Shown: positions 10,048 through 20,600 of the stretch, piece after piece
Layout of the letters: each line of letters opens with the position of its first letter
How positions within the stretch are numbered: position 1 is the stretch's first letter
Origin: Candidatus Latescibacterota bacterium
Lineage (GTDB): Bacteria > Latescibacterota > UBA2968 > UBA8231
Assembly (NCBI GenBank): GCA_965243025.1
Contig: CBDETY010000003.1
Location: 5,920,001 to 5,984,000, forward strand
DNA length: 64,000 nucleotides
Reading direction: 5' to 3'
Position numbers and translations under genes: made by a program
Notes under the pieces: model-generated
The model's input: only the letters and a program-made list of their open reading frames with translations
What the model was told of the DNA's origin: nothing
The model's database searches: none

Positions 10048-11156
10048 GCGACCGAGCCGTCGGCGTGAAAGAAGCCGCCGATCTTCACCGGCTCGAAGGG
10101 GATTTCCGCGCACGCCCTCTCGTCGATTTCGACGCCGATGCCGGGGCGTTCCCGTATCTCCCGGAATCCCCCTTCCTCGGCGAACGGCTCGTCGACCAGC
10201 TCGGCGGCGGTCCCCAAGTCACGCTGCGACTCCATGAAGGCGTAGTTGGGAATGGCCGCGGCGAGATGGGCGAAGGCGGCGCCGTTGACGGGGCTGCCCA
10301 TCAGGTGCGGGAACAGCTGCACGAGGGCGGACTCGGCCAACGCGGCGATCTTCTTCACCTGCGTGAAGCCGCCGGCCAGCGACAGGTCGGCGCGGATGAA
10401 GCTGGCGACCTTCCTGTCGATCAGCTCCTTGAACTGAAAGAAGCTGTAGCTGCGCTCGCCGACCGCCAGCGGAATGTCTATGTGGGCGGCGACGTACTCG
10501 AGGGCCTCCTCGCTCTCGGGGACCAGCGGGTCTTCGTAGAACTTGAGCCGGAACGGCCTCAGCTCGGCGGCGAGAGTGATCGCCTCGTCCGGCCTGAGGT
10601 TGCGGTGGATCTCCACCCCGAGATCGACGCGGTCCCCGGCAGCCTCGCGAGCGGCCGCGACCATGGCGACGGCGTCGTCGACGACCTCGGCGGAGGTCCG
10701 CTGCTCGAAGCCGGGGAAGAAGGGACCGAGCCGCAGGGTGGTGTAGCCGGCGGCGACCGCCTGCCGCGCCGACTCGCCGACCTCCTCGAGGGAGGAGCCG
10801 CCGATGCCGCCGAACACCGCGACCTTGTCGCGGCACTTGCCTCCGAGCAGCTGGTAGACCGGCAGCCCGGCCTCCTTGCCGAGGATGTCCCAGAGGGCGA
10901 CGTCGATGGCGCTGAGAGCGGCGCTCAGCACCGATCCGGTGAAATGGGCGCTTCGGGAGACCGTCTGGAAATGGTGCTCGATCCGGCGCGGGTCCTTGCC
11001 GACGAAATACTCGGCCAGCTCCTCGATGGCGGCGGCGACCACCGGGTGGTGGGCCCACAGCCCGGCCTCGCCGTTGCCGACGAGGTCCCTATCGGTGTAC
11101 ACGCGAACCAGCAGGCAGCGGCCGGTGAGGAAGCTCTTGATGCGGGTGATCTTCAT
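10041..11156 (-). CDS. Mandelate racemase/galactonate dehydratase-like enolase superfamily enzyme
   Basis: MKITRIKSF, SAIDVALWDILGK, GGKCRDKV, FYEDP, GER, PGIGVE. Confidence 0.88.
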   Translation of the reverse strand: MKITRIKSFLTGRCLLVRVYTDRDLVGNGEAGLWAHHPVVAAAIEELAEYFVGKDPRRIEHHFQTVSRSAHFTGSVLSAALSAIDVALWDILGKEAGLPVYQLLGGKCRDKVAVFGGIGGSSLEEVGESARQAVAAGYTTLRLGPFFPGFEQRTSAEVVDDAVAMVAAAREAAGDRVDLGVEIHRNLRPDEAITLAAELRPFRLKFYEDPLVPESEEALEYVAAHIDIPLAVGERSYSFFQFKELIDRKVASFIRADLSLAGGFTQVKKIAALAESALVQLFPHLMGSPVNGAAFAHLAAAIPNYAFMESQRDLGTAAELVDEPFAEEGGFREIRERPGIGVEIDERACAEIPFEPVKIGGFFHADGSVAH

Positions 11157-11552
11157 GGGGGACAACCGCGGGTGCTTTGGGGTTTGGGACAGCAGCGGGG
11201 TGCCGATGGTACGGATCGATCAGGGGTGCTGCAAGCAAGGGTCCATCCGTTGCAGGTCGTCCGGGAGTTGCAGAGTTCGATGCAACCAGTGAGGCGCCCG
11301 ACACGGGGTTTGGCGTTTCGCGTCCATCGCCTGCCGAGTCTACGGGACCCACTCAATGCATTTTGACCTTCGACTCCCGGCAATCGCCCTTGTGGTGGGA
11401 ATATTTCCCCGCCGGCGACGTGGAGGACGAGGAGGACCCGCAGGGCTACTGCGGGTTCACCAGGATGGGCTGAGCGGAATGCAAACGATGGGCGATTGCA
11501 TCACCAGTTGCATACAATATGCCTCCATAAATGCCAGCACAGGAGGACGCCA

Positions 11553-12003
11553 ATGCAGACCACTGTCAGAGGGATTCCATCGGATCTCGAACACCAGCTT
11601 CGAGAACGGGCCCGCGCGTCGGGCGAGAGCCTGAATCGAACCCTCATCCGCCTGCTGCGGGAAGCCGTGGGCCGGAATCCGACCCGCAAGAAGAGGGACC
11701 TGTCGGCCCTGGCCGGCACCTGGAGCCAGGAGGAGGCCGATGAGTTCGACCGCGAGGTCCGCCAGTTCGGGAGATCGATGACGAGTTGTGGGGATGAGCC
11801 GGCTATACGTCGGTCCGCAACGTAGACGAGGGAGTCGCCGAACGATACGGCCATCTGGTCAAGCAACTGCGAGAGCAGGGGAACGCCGATCCCGGACCAA
11901 CGATATCTGGATCGCGGCGACCGCGCTCGAATCCGGTGCCCGTCTACTGACCTATGACTCCCATTTCACCCACGTCGCCGGAATCATGACGGAGTCGCCC
12001 TGA
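11553..12003 (+). pseudogene. Degraded vapBC-type TA operon (RHH antitoxin plus PIN toxin)
   Basis: Antitoxin MQTTVRGIPSDL...SLN..LIRLL...DLSALAGTWS with a frameshifted tail EIDDELWG*. ATGA overlap into the toxin. PIN pieces VAERYGHLVKQLREQG / TPIP / TNDIWIAATALESGARLLTYDSHF lie in different frames and the N-terminus is deleted. Confidence 0.8.
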
Positions 12004-12163
12004 GAGCGCCGTCCGAACTCACTGGCTCTCCGTGGTCCACGTGGTCACCATGCCCGGCCATCTTCTGCCCATCGTGCTGGAGGTCCTCGACCGCGGCGGT
12101 CATCTCTCTTGGGGAGGGTGGCATTTTGCCCCGGATCACTTCTCTCCGGTAATGTGGTTCCCT

Positions 12164-13102
12164 TTACCTGTGGTAGCGGATGCGGGCTACGGCCCCACGA
12201 GCAGCAAGCTGGCCCCGGGCATAGTGACCGGGCATCGCCGGCGACCGCCAGCGGCCGGCTGTCTGCATTTCGGCAATCGAAGCGCCGCCGGCAGCGAGAG
12301 ACTCAGCGCCGCCGACGCGCAGGGAGTGACCGGAAACCCCACTCACGCCAGCGGCCATGCATCGGTGTTTGATGATCTGTCGGACGCTTACGGTGCTCAG
12401 TTCCTTCTCGCCCCCGACTTTTCCGCCTCGATGAAGGCGGCGAAACAGCGGCCCACGCGTAATCCTGGACGCTTCCAGCCACGCCTTGACCCTGCCCATG
12501 GTAGGGGGACCGAGGTAGAGCACGACTCCGACCCCTTCCTGGTCCGTCTTCGAGTGGCGGATGGTAACGCGGCCGCCATCCGGTTCGAAAGCGAGATCGT
12601 GGACCTGGAGGGCTACCAGCTCGGAGACGCGCAGCAAGCCGTCGGACATGACCGAGATGATCGCCGCATCGCGCAGACCCTGGATGGAACCTTCGCCGGC
12701 GGCGAGAGCCGCGACGGCCTCGGCTTGCGAGAAATTCACGCCGTTCACCTGACCTCGTCCCCTTCCCCGCCCCTGGCGCCGGATCCCGGCAAGGACCCGG
12801 TTGGTCCGGGATCCTACCGGCGGTGGAAGGTCCTGCAGCTTGGCCCGGAACTTTAGCGCGGCGACTACCTGGGAGCAGGTCGCAGGCGACTTCCTGGCAT
12901 CGTAGAGGGCGGCGAGGTAGTTGGCAACGACGGTATCGGTGACGGGGTTGTCGCCGATCGCCTGGTCGAATCTCGCCAGCGCCGACTTGTATGCCCGCCT
13001 GGTGTTGGCGGAAATACTGGCTTCGACGAGCTCGAGGGCCTGACTGGAGGCAGTGAGCGACTGCCCTTGTTTGACGGCGACTAGTGCGGTGTGAGTGCTC
13101 AT
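12164..13102 (-). CDS. Tyrosine recombinase, Cre-like
   Basis: N-terminal SANTRRAY domain. Catalytic set LRVSEL (R), SKTDQ (K), GHSLRVG (HxxR), GRW (W, as in Cre), HYAR (Y). Confidence 0.9.
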   Translation of the reverse strand: MSTHTALVAVKQGQSLTASSQALELVEASISANTRRAYKSALARFDQAIGDNPVTDTVVANYLAALYDARKSPATCSQVVAALKFRAKLQDLPPPVGSRTNRVLAGIRRQGRGRGRGQVNGVNFSQAEAVAALAAGEGSIQGLRDAAIISVMSDGLLRVSELVALQVHDLAFEPDGGRVTIRHSKTDQEGVGVVLYLGPPTMGRVKAWLEASRITRGPLFRRLHRGGKVGGEKELSTVSVRQIIKHRCMAAGVSGVSGHSLRVGGAESLAAGGASIAEMQTAGRWRSPAMPGHYARGQLAARGAVARIRYHR

Positions 13103-14203
13103 TTCATGTGCATGCGAAAAGCTGTCCTCCAGAAGGAGCTGACACCCCAGCGGCTCAGTGAAGGAGATCCAAGCTATTTAACTCCAAAGGTTCCCGTTCA
13201 GTTCCCTGGAAAATCGGGGCCGGGAGGTATGGTCTCGATCCTAGTGCTCTGTTAGGATTTCGGGCCGGTTAGTTTTTCGCACGTCGCTGTATCATTGGGA
13301 CAAATTTCGGGTTTCCGAGAAGTATTCTGTCATGGGTCTCATGCTAGAATACAGAAACGTCGGCTAATGCGATCTAAAAAGTTGGTTTCTGTACTGGGAA
13401 GGCTGCCGAAGTGGGAGGCTCAGGAGAACCGCCGTCAGCGGTTTTCACAGAGGTGCCAGGCGACCTTGTTGTCCGGTGCCCGGCGCTTACAAAATCCAAC
13501 TATTGGCGAAGTAGGATCCACTCGGGACGGACGCAGAAACTTAAATCAAAACGCGATCAATAATTATCAAATGTTATAAACATGATTTTTATAAGATCGG
13601 TTAAACAAGCTATTTACCGACCTTTCCTCGAAAGGTTCGATAATCCTGCCGTAAATGTCAAGCACTTTTTTCACCCAAACCCGTTGACAAGCCGACTCGG
13701 AACGGGAGCAGGACAGAACCTGACCGACCAGCTACCAGAACAGCGCCTTAAACGACCGCTACCTCTCCTCCCGGCCGTACGGCAATCGTCGGATCGACCC
13801 TCGTAGTGACCCCATCCCGGGCGCATGTGTTCGCTCCTGCCCACCAACGGCCGGCTCTCCGGACTCCAGGCCTCACCCGCCCTTCGAGAAGGGCTCGGCC
13901 GACTCGGAGACCCCGAAGCTGCACCGCGAGGCGGAGCCACTTCGGTCCAGTCAACAGATCCAAGGACAAGGCACATTCCGTGCCAGAGAGGGAGGACCGC
14001 GGAAGGAAGATCTTTGAGAGTCCTTCAGGGAGGCCCTAAAGGACTGAAATCTTTACTACTTAGAATGGTACTGAGGGTGGTGTTTGCCCTGGTTTCGTCA
14101 GTGGGGTCGTTTGAATACCGATGCCACCGGGTCGGTTTTCGTGTACGGTGTCGTATTCCTCATACGATTTCGTATTCGTCTTCGTATTCGTCCGGTTTTC
14201 TCT

Positions 14204-17200
14204 TCAGGACACCCCCCAGTGCCTCTTCAATCCATACACGCGCATTCGGGAACGAAGCCGCTCCGGGTTCATTCCCAGCAGTTTCGCCGCACCTTTCTCT
14301 CCGTAGATCCGGCCTTTCGAGGCTTGAAGGGCTTTGAGGATCTGCAGCTTTTCGTCCCCTTCTTCACAGGGCTGATCGGACGGTGAGAGAGACACCGGTC
14401 CGCCCTGCCCTTCGTCTTCCACCGGCAACGACACATGGGCGACTTCCAGGATTTCGCCCTCGGAAAGCATCACCGCCCGCCGTATCAGATGCTGCAACTC
14501 GCGCACGTTCCCCGGCCAGGAGTGCTCCTGCAGGTACCCCAGAGCCTCCTCGCTCAGGGTCGGCACCGGGCCCGGCAGCTGCCGGGAGTACTCGGCGGCG
14601 AAATGCGCCGTCAGGACCGGGATCTCCTCGCGGCGGTCCCGCAAGGGAGGGATGAGCACCGGGAACGTTCTCAAGCGGTAGTACAGGTCCGCTCGGAAGG
14701 TCTCTTCCCGGATCATCCTGTCCAGGTCCCGGTTGGTTGCGGCGATCACCCGTACGTCCACCTGCACGGAGTTCCTTCCACCCACTCGTCTCAGCAGCCC
14801 ATCCTCCAGGATGTTGAGCAAGGCCTGCTGCCCGGCGGGCGGCATATCCCCGATTTCATCGAGAAACAAGGTGCCTCCATGCGCTTGTTCGAAAAGACCA
14901 ATCCTCCGCATCCCCGCACCGGTAAAGGCCCCCTTCTCATGTCCGAACAATTCACTTTCTACCAACGTGGAGGTCAGCGAACCGCAATTGACCTGGACAA
15001 AGGCCCTATTCCGGCGCGGGCTCAGGTCATGGATCTGGCGGGCAACCAGACCCTTGCCCGTACCCGTTTCTCCCCGCAACAGCACGGTCATGTCGGTCTC
15101 GGCCACCCGCCGGAGTTGCGACAGGAGCCCGACTAGGGTCGGACCGTAGCCCGGGACCGCTTCAACCGGGGGCCGCTGCTCACGCTCCGGCTGCCGGAGA
15201 CCCTCGTTGCGGGTCTCCGGGACCACCCGAACCTGCAGGTGGGCTGCCTCTGACAGGATGCCTTGGGGGTCGCGGGTCCGCACCCCGAAGAGATATTCGC
15301 CCACCGGCAGGTCGCGATACGACACCCATTTGGCGGGCGTGAACTCACTCCACTCCTCTGTCGGACCGTGGCCTGCCAGCCGATGGCTGTAGAGCATTTC
15401 CCCTTCGTCGATCTGGAAGCGAAGGCCCTGGAAATGGATCTCGACTTCAGCGGTGTCCTTCGGAAAGGACACCGCTTCGGGGGCCTCCAGAAGTCGCCCA
15501 TCCAACGCCTGGCGGATCACGATTCCCGGGGGGACCGGGCGGGGCCGGTACACGGTCAGTCCCCCTTGGGTGCCAAACCACATCCGTCCCCGGCGATCGC
15601 ACAGAATGGCATTGACCTGACTCTCCCGCGAGGACTCACCGAGATGGATGCGGTGGAAGGCCTCGCCCTTGTAATTCAGGGCTCCTCCGCCGTTGGTCCC
15701 GATCCACAGCCGTCCCTGCCGGTCGGTCCCCAAGGACGTGACACAATTGGCCGGAAGCCCCTGGTCCATGGTATACCGGCGTACCTCCTTGGAGCCCAGG
15801 TCGACCGAAAACAGCCCGCTTGGCGCCCCAACCCAGAGCAGGCCCTCGTGCTCGCACAAGGCGTTCACCGCGTAAGCCGCTTCCAGGCCGGGGAAATCCG
15901 ACGCATGGAGACGATGAGTTCTGTCCTTGTAGTACAAGGACGGACTTTCCTCGTCTGTTCCGATCCAGAGGACGCCTTCGCTATCCTGAATCATGGTCCG
16001 GCATCTTTGGGGCAACCGCTCTTTCAGCGCCGCGAAGCGGTCCTCTTCGATGTACCCGAGGATCCCATGAGAGGTGCAGACCCACAGGCGCCCGGTCCGG
16101 TCCTGGCACAGCCCCACGATGACTTCGAGGTTGTCCTCAGTCCGCACGGGGATCACCCGGGGTTCCCTGGCCCTCTTGGACACCTTCCCTTCCGAGTCCC
16201 CGATCCAGAGCGTTCCCTGTCGGTCTGCCTCCATCACAAAGACCACAGGCCCCGAATTCGTCGAATGGATCTCGTCCTCTTCGAAGCAGGCCGTCCCTCC
16301 ATCGGTACCGATCCAGATTTGGCCCCGGCGGTCTTCGGCCAGACACGTGACTTTGCTGTGCGGCAGGCCGTCGGCTTCCGTGTAGCGCACGACAGCGGGC
16401 TGACTGAAAAAGGCGAGTCCGCCGCCGTAGGATCCGACCCAGATGTTCCCTTCGCGGTCCTCGTACGACATGCGGGTATTGGAGAAGTCGGCATCGGGAA
16501 AACGGGCGGAGAAGGGATGCCATTCCTGCCCGTCGTACACCAGCACGCCCCGGCGGACCATCCACAGCCGGCCCCTGTCGTCCGGGCGAAGGTGCCGTAT
16601 TCCGGGAGCCACGATCTCCGCCGCCTCGGAGGGGGCGTTCACCTCGACGAAGTCGAGATGCCGGCTTTGCGGATCGTAGCGGCCGACCCCGGCATCCTTC
16701 TTTCCGTGGCGGGACGCAATCCAAAGCAGGCCGTCCGCGTCTTTCGCCAATTTCCAGGCCCAGTTCCAGGCACCGCCTTCGGCAAAGACCGGGCTCAGGC
16801 AGCGACCGTCCAGGCTTATGATCCCCAGGGTCCGCGTGGCCAGCCAGGTCGTGCCCGTCGAGTCGGTGACCAGGTCGTGCACGCGGCCGAGGGGTTGGCC
16901 CCCGATGTGAGTAGTGCAGTCCACGCACGCCCCCCCGGCGAAGCGGCCGATGCCGGCGCCCGTAAGCAGGCGCATGGAGCCGTCGGCCTGCGGCTGCAGG
17001 CCCAGAATTTCATTGGACGGCAGCCCGTGCTCGGTGGTGTACACCTCGAATCTCCGTCCATCGAATAAGGCCAGTCCCCCGCCGAACGTTCCGAACCACA
17101 GCCGCCCGTCCGCGTCCTCGGCAATGGCCATCACCGCGAAATCGGGCAAGCCGTCCGAGGGCCGGAAGTTCTCGAAGGCCTCCCCGTCGAACCGGCTCAC

Positions 17201-17365
17201 CCCGCCGTCCGCGGTGGCAATCCAGAGCAGCCCTCGCCGGTCCTGGTAGATGTCCTCGATCAGCATCCCGGCCAGCCCATCCTTCAGGGTGTACTGGCGC
17301 GCCCTTGTGTGATCGAGGAATGCTGCGGATTCCGGAATCTCCGGGGATGGAGGTCTGTCTTTCAT
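14204..17365 (-). CDS. sigma54-dependent transcriptional activator fused to two-component-regulator beta-propeller and Y_Y_Y domains
   Basis: Repeated (D/E)..G.LW(I/F)GT blades, a Y_Y_Y-like segment, Walker A GETGTGK, GAFTGA, FLDEIG, WPGNVREL and a C-terminal HTH. Confidence 0.9.
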   Translation of the reverse strand: MKDRPPSPEIPESAAFLDHTRARQYTLKDGLAGMLIEDIYQDRRGLLWIATADGGVSRFDGEAFENFRPSDGLPDFAVMAIAEDADGRLWFGTFGGGLALFDGRRFEVYTTEHGLPSNEILGLQPQADGSMRLLTGAGIGRFAGGACVDCTTHIGGQPLGRVHDLVTDSTGTTWLATRTLGIISLDGRCLSPVFAEGGAWNWAWKLAKDADGLLWIASRHGKKDAGVGRYDPQSRHLDFVEVNAPSEAAEIVAPGIRHLRPDDRGRLWMVRRGVLVYDGQEWHPFSARFPDADFSNTRMSYEDREGNIWVGSYGGGLAFFSQPAVVRYTEADGLPHSKVTCLAEDRRGQIWIGTDGGTACFEEDEIHSTNSGPVVFVMEADRQGTLWIGDSEGKVSKRAREPRVIPVRTEDNLEVIVGLCQDRTGRLWVCTSHGILGYIEEDRFAALKERLPQRCRTMIQDSEGVLWIGTDEESPSLYYKDRTHRLHASDFPGLEAAYAVNALCEHEGLLWVGAPSGLFSVDLGSKEVRRYTMDQGLPANCVTSLGTDRQGRLWIGTNGGGALNYKGEAFHRIHLGESSRESQVNAILCDRRGRMWFGTQGGLTVYRPRPVPPGIVIRQALDGRLLEAPEAVSFPKDTAEVEIHFQGLRFQIDEGEMLYSHRLAGHGPTEEWSEFTPAKWVSYRDLPVGEYLFGVRTRDPQGILSEAAHLQVRVVPETRNEGLRQPEREQRPPVEAVPGYGPTLVGLLSQLRRVAETDMTVLLRGETGTGKGLVARQIHDLSPRRNRAFVQVNCGSLTSTLVESELFGHEKGAFTGAGMRRIGLFEQAHGGTLFLDEIGDMPPAGQQALLNILEDGLLRRVGGRNSVQVDVRVIAATNRDLDRMIREETFRADLYYRLRTFPVLIPPLRDRREEIPVLTAHFAAEYSRQLPGPVPTLSEEALGYLQEHSWPGNVRELQHLIRRAVMLSEGEILEVAHVSLPVEDEGQGGPVSLSPSDQPCEEGDEKLQILKALQASKGRIYGEKGAAKLLGMNPERLRSRMRVYGLKRHWGVS

Positions 17366-17694
17366 GTTCCGTTGTCGCCCCATGCCGACGGCCCGGCGCT
17401 GGAAAGGCATCCGGGTGATGACGAAAGGTCCGAAAGGTCCGGGCGGCCTTCAACCAGGGCCCGGATGAGGACAGCCTGTCCCTCCCGAAACCGGGCCGAC
17501 CTCTAAGCACCTCACCCTCAACTCCTCCTGTTCCTCCGACATCCGGGCTGTCCGCTCTCCCGGGCAGGGGCCGGTCTATATCCCCGGCCCCTCCAGGGGC
17601 CCGGATTACTTGCGATATCCGATCGTATCGAAACTGCCAAATCCATCCGAAAACTGCCTGAAACGCGGTTTCCCAAGGGAGAGGGACATACGCA

Positions 17695-20600
17695 ATGGAT
17701 AATTGCCACGAATCACCCATGAAATGGCTGCGCGGAGGAATGCTCGCAGTACTGGCCGTGTCGTTTCTGGCCGGCAAGGCGCAAGCGGCCGACGAAGGTC
17801 CAATTGACGCTCCTGACCTCACAGTAACCTCCGGGCCGGAAAAGCTCACGGTATCCTGGAAAGCGGTCGAGGACGCGGATGCATACCAAATCCAGTGGAG
17901 GGAAGACAAGACTACCCCGGACCCTTGGGGGGCATCATCTTCCGGAGATATCACGGGCCTGAAACATGTCATCGAGGAACTGGATGCAAGCAAAACCTAC
18001 CAGGTGCGGGGTTTCGCCAAGGACGGGAACGGGGATTACAGCAATCCTTCGGACAGCGATTCGGACACAGATGGAGATCAACCCCACACTGGCACGCCGG
18101 CGCCGGGCGCAGTGATGAACGTGACGGTGACGCCCGGCTCGCAGAAGCTTGAGGTATCGTGGGACAGGCTCGGGGTCCTCGAGGAGGCCACTGGCACCGA
18201 CGTTAGGCCGGGTTACAAGGTGCAGTGGAAGTGGGGGGCGGAGAAGTATTCCGATACTCGGCTAATAGAAGTGGGTCAGGGGGATGTGGCTCGTCTGAGT
18301 GTGACCATTAATGATGTGGATGGGGATGCGACTGCGGATGCGGATGGGGATGGGGAAAATGTCGATCCTCTGTCGGCGGGCACCGAGTACACGGTGAAGG
18401 TGACCGCCACGAACGCGCCCCAAACCGAACCCACCCCCTCCGTCCCCGGCGACGGCGGCGATGGTTCGCCCGTTGAGAAAGAGGCCACGCCGACACCGGC
18501 AAAAGTGGGGGTGGTGACGGTGACCAACGACCACGAGAAGAAGTCGAAGCCGGGGGAGCTCAAGGTGGAATGGGGTAAATCGGCAGTTAAAGAGCCGGTA
18601 GTTGGGGCCACCGGATACACGGTCGAGTGGAAGTCGGAGACGGACAACGACTATGGACCGAATCGACGAATTACAGCCGAGGATGATGAATTCGAAAAAA
18701 CGATTGGGGAGGATGCTCCTCTGGATCCAGGCACCCGGTACACGGTGCGGGTGTACGCCACGAACGCGAGCGGCCCGGGCGAGCCCTCGGATGAAATGCC
18801 CAAATCGCCGCTCCCGGCCAAGGTGGAGGGGGTGGAGGTTGAGAGTCTGGCCGAGGAGGAGCTCACGGTGAGGTGGGAGGCGGTCCAGGGGGCCACCGGA
18901 TACACAGTGAAGTGGAGCCCGAAGTCCACGAAGCGGAGCACGCCGTTAACAACAGGGGCCGGCTCAGAGACCGAAGGAACCACAGGCAGCGCCTCAGCGT
19001 CCGGAACGAGTCATACGTTTTCTCCTTTTACCACCACCGCAGATCTGAGTTCGGCGGCCATCATGTACGACGTGCAGGTGGTTGCCTTAAACGTTGCGGG
19101 AGAGGGAGGCGCCGACTCTGAGAAAGCAACAGGCACGCCGAGGCCGAGACAGGTGGTGCTTCCAGGTGTCAATGTGACGGCCGGCCATAGGGAGCTCATG
19201 GTATGGTGGCCGGGGTTGGGCGACGGGGAAGTCGATACATACACGGTGCAGTGGAGGCCGACAACGGAGCTGTCGTACGCTCCGGGAGACCAGGATATTG
19301 TGCAGGCGACTGATTTGCCGACGAGTTCGGGTCCTCACAGGATTACGGGTCTGCAAGGAGGCACCGAGTACACGGTGCGGGTGTACGCCACAAACGATGG
19401 GGGCGATGGGAGGCCCTCAACGGAAATAGCCGAGACCCCGACCGTCCCGTCGGAAAACGGGGTGTCGGGCGTGGAGGTGACTTCCGGCGCGACAGAGCTT
19501 ACGGTGAACTGGGACGGGATTCCGGGGGCCACATTCAGGGTCCGGTGGGTGGAGACGACAACAGCATTAACATCTGCTACTGACTTCAATACGGCCTACG
19601 ATGCGGATGGTGCAGTCAAAGGCGAAGCCTCGGGGATTAGAGGAACCAGCCACAGGATCAGCCCTCTGAAGGCGGGCACCCGGTACGCGGTGGAGGTGAG
19701 AGCTACCGTGGCCGGGGAGTCCGGAACTTCCGGGTTTGGAAATGCGTGGACCAAGCCGGGCCCGGTGACGGGGGTGACGGTGGCGCCGACAACTGGGGAA
19801 GCGGGGCGACTCACGGTATCGTGGAAGGGCGTCGTGGGAGCCTCCTCCGAAGATGGCTACAAGGTGCAGTGGAGGTCGGAAAATCAGGGTTGGGACTCGG
19901 CTCGCGAAGTCAGCGTAGACCAAGTGACCGGTTTCGATCCGACGGCCGATCCTCCGGTTGTAACTGTTACAACGGTCCTTGGGGATGGGGATGCTTCGGC
20001 TGGGGCCGCGGACCCGCCTCTGGACGGCAACACGTACACGGTGCGGGTGATCGCCACCAACGACGGCGGGGACGGCCATCCCTCGGCGGTGGAAACAGGC
20101 ACGCCGACGCCGGGTGTGGTGGGCGACCTCACCTCGGACACCGGGGTCGCCCCGACGGTGAAGCCCGGCTCGAGGAAGCTCGAGGTGAAATGGACGAAGG
20201 CAAAGGGGGCCACGGCATACACGGTGCGGTGGTGGACGGGACCGTCCGGGACAGGGTTCGGTGACGCCGCTGCAAAGGACAAAGGCCAAGAAAAGGATAT
20301 CTCTGAAGAAAAATATACGATTCCGAATCTGAAGGCGGGCGTCACGTACATGGTGGAGGTGATCGCCACCAACGTGAAGAAGGAGCCTGGTACTGCCACC
20401 GCCGCGGCATCAGGCACCGGCCCCACCGGCACCACCCCGTTACCGAGCAAGGTAACGGACGTGAGGGTGGAGCCCGAGGCGCAGAGCCTCAAAGTATCGT
20501 GGACGCCAAAGGGTGAGGCTGAGGCCTCCGGATTCTACACCGGATACAAGGTGCAGTGGAGGAAGGAGTACCAGAAGAAGGGAATGGGCAGCGAAGAGGT

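Noticed and set aside
13295-14386. Short ORFs between the recombinase and the activator
   Set aside because: Overlapping, no motifs or convincing RBS. Treated as non-coding or debris.
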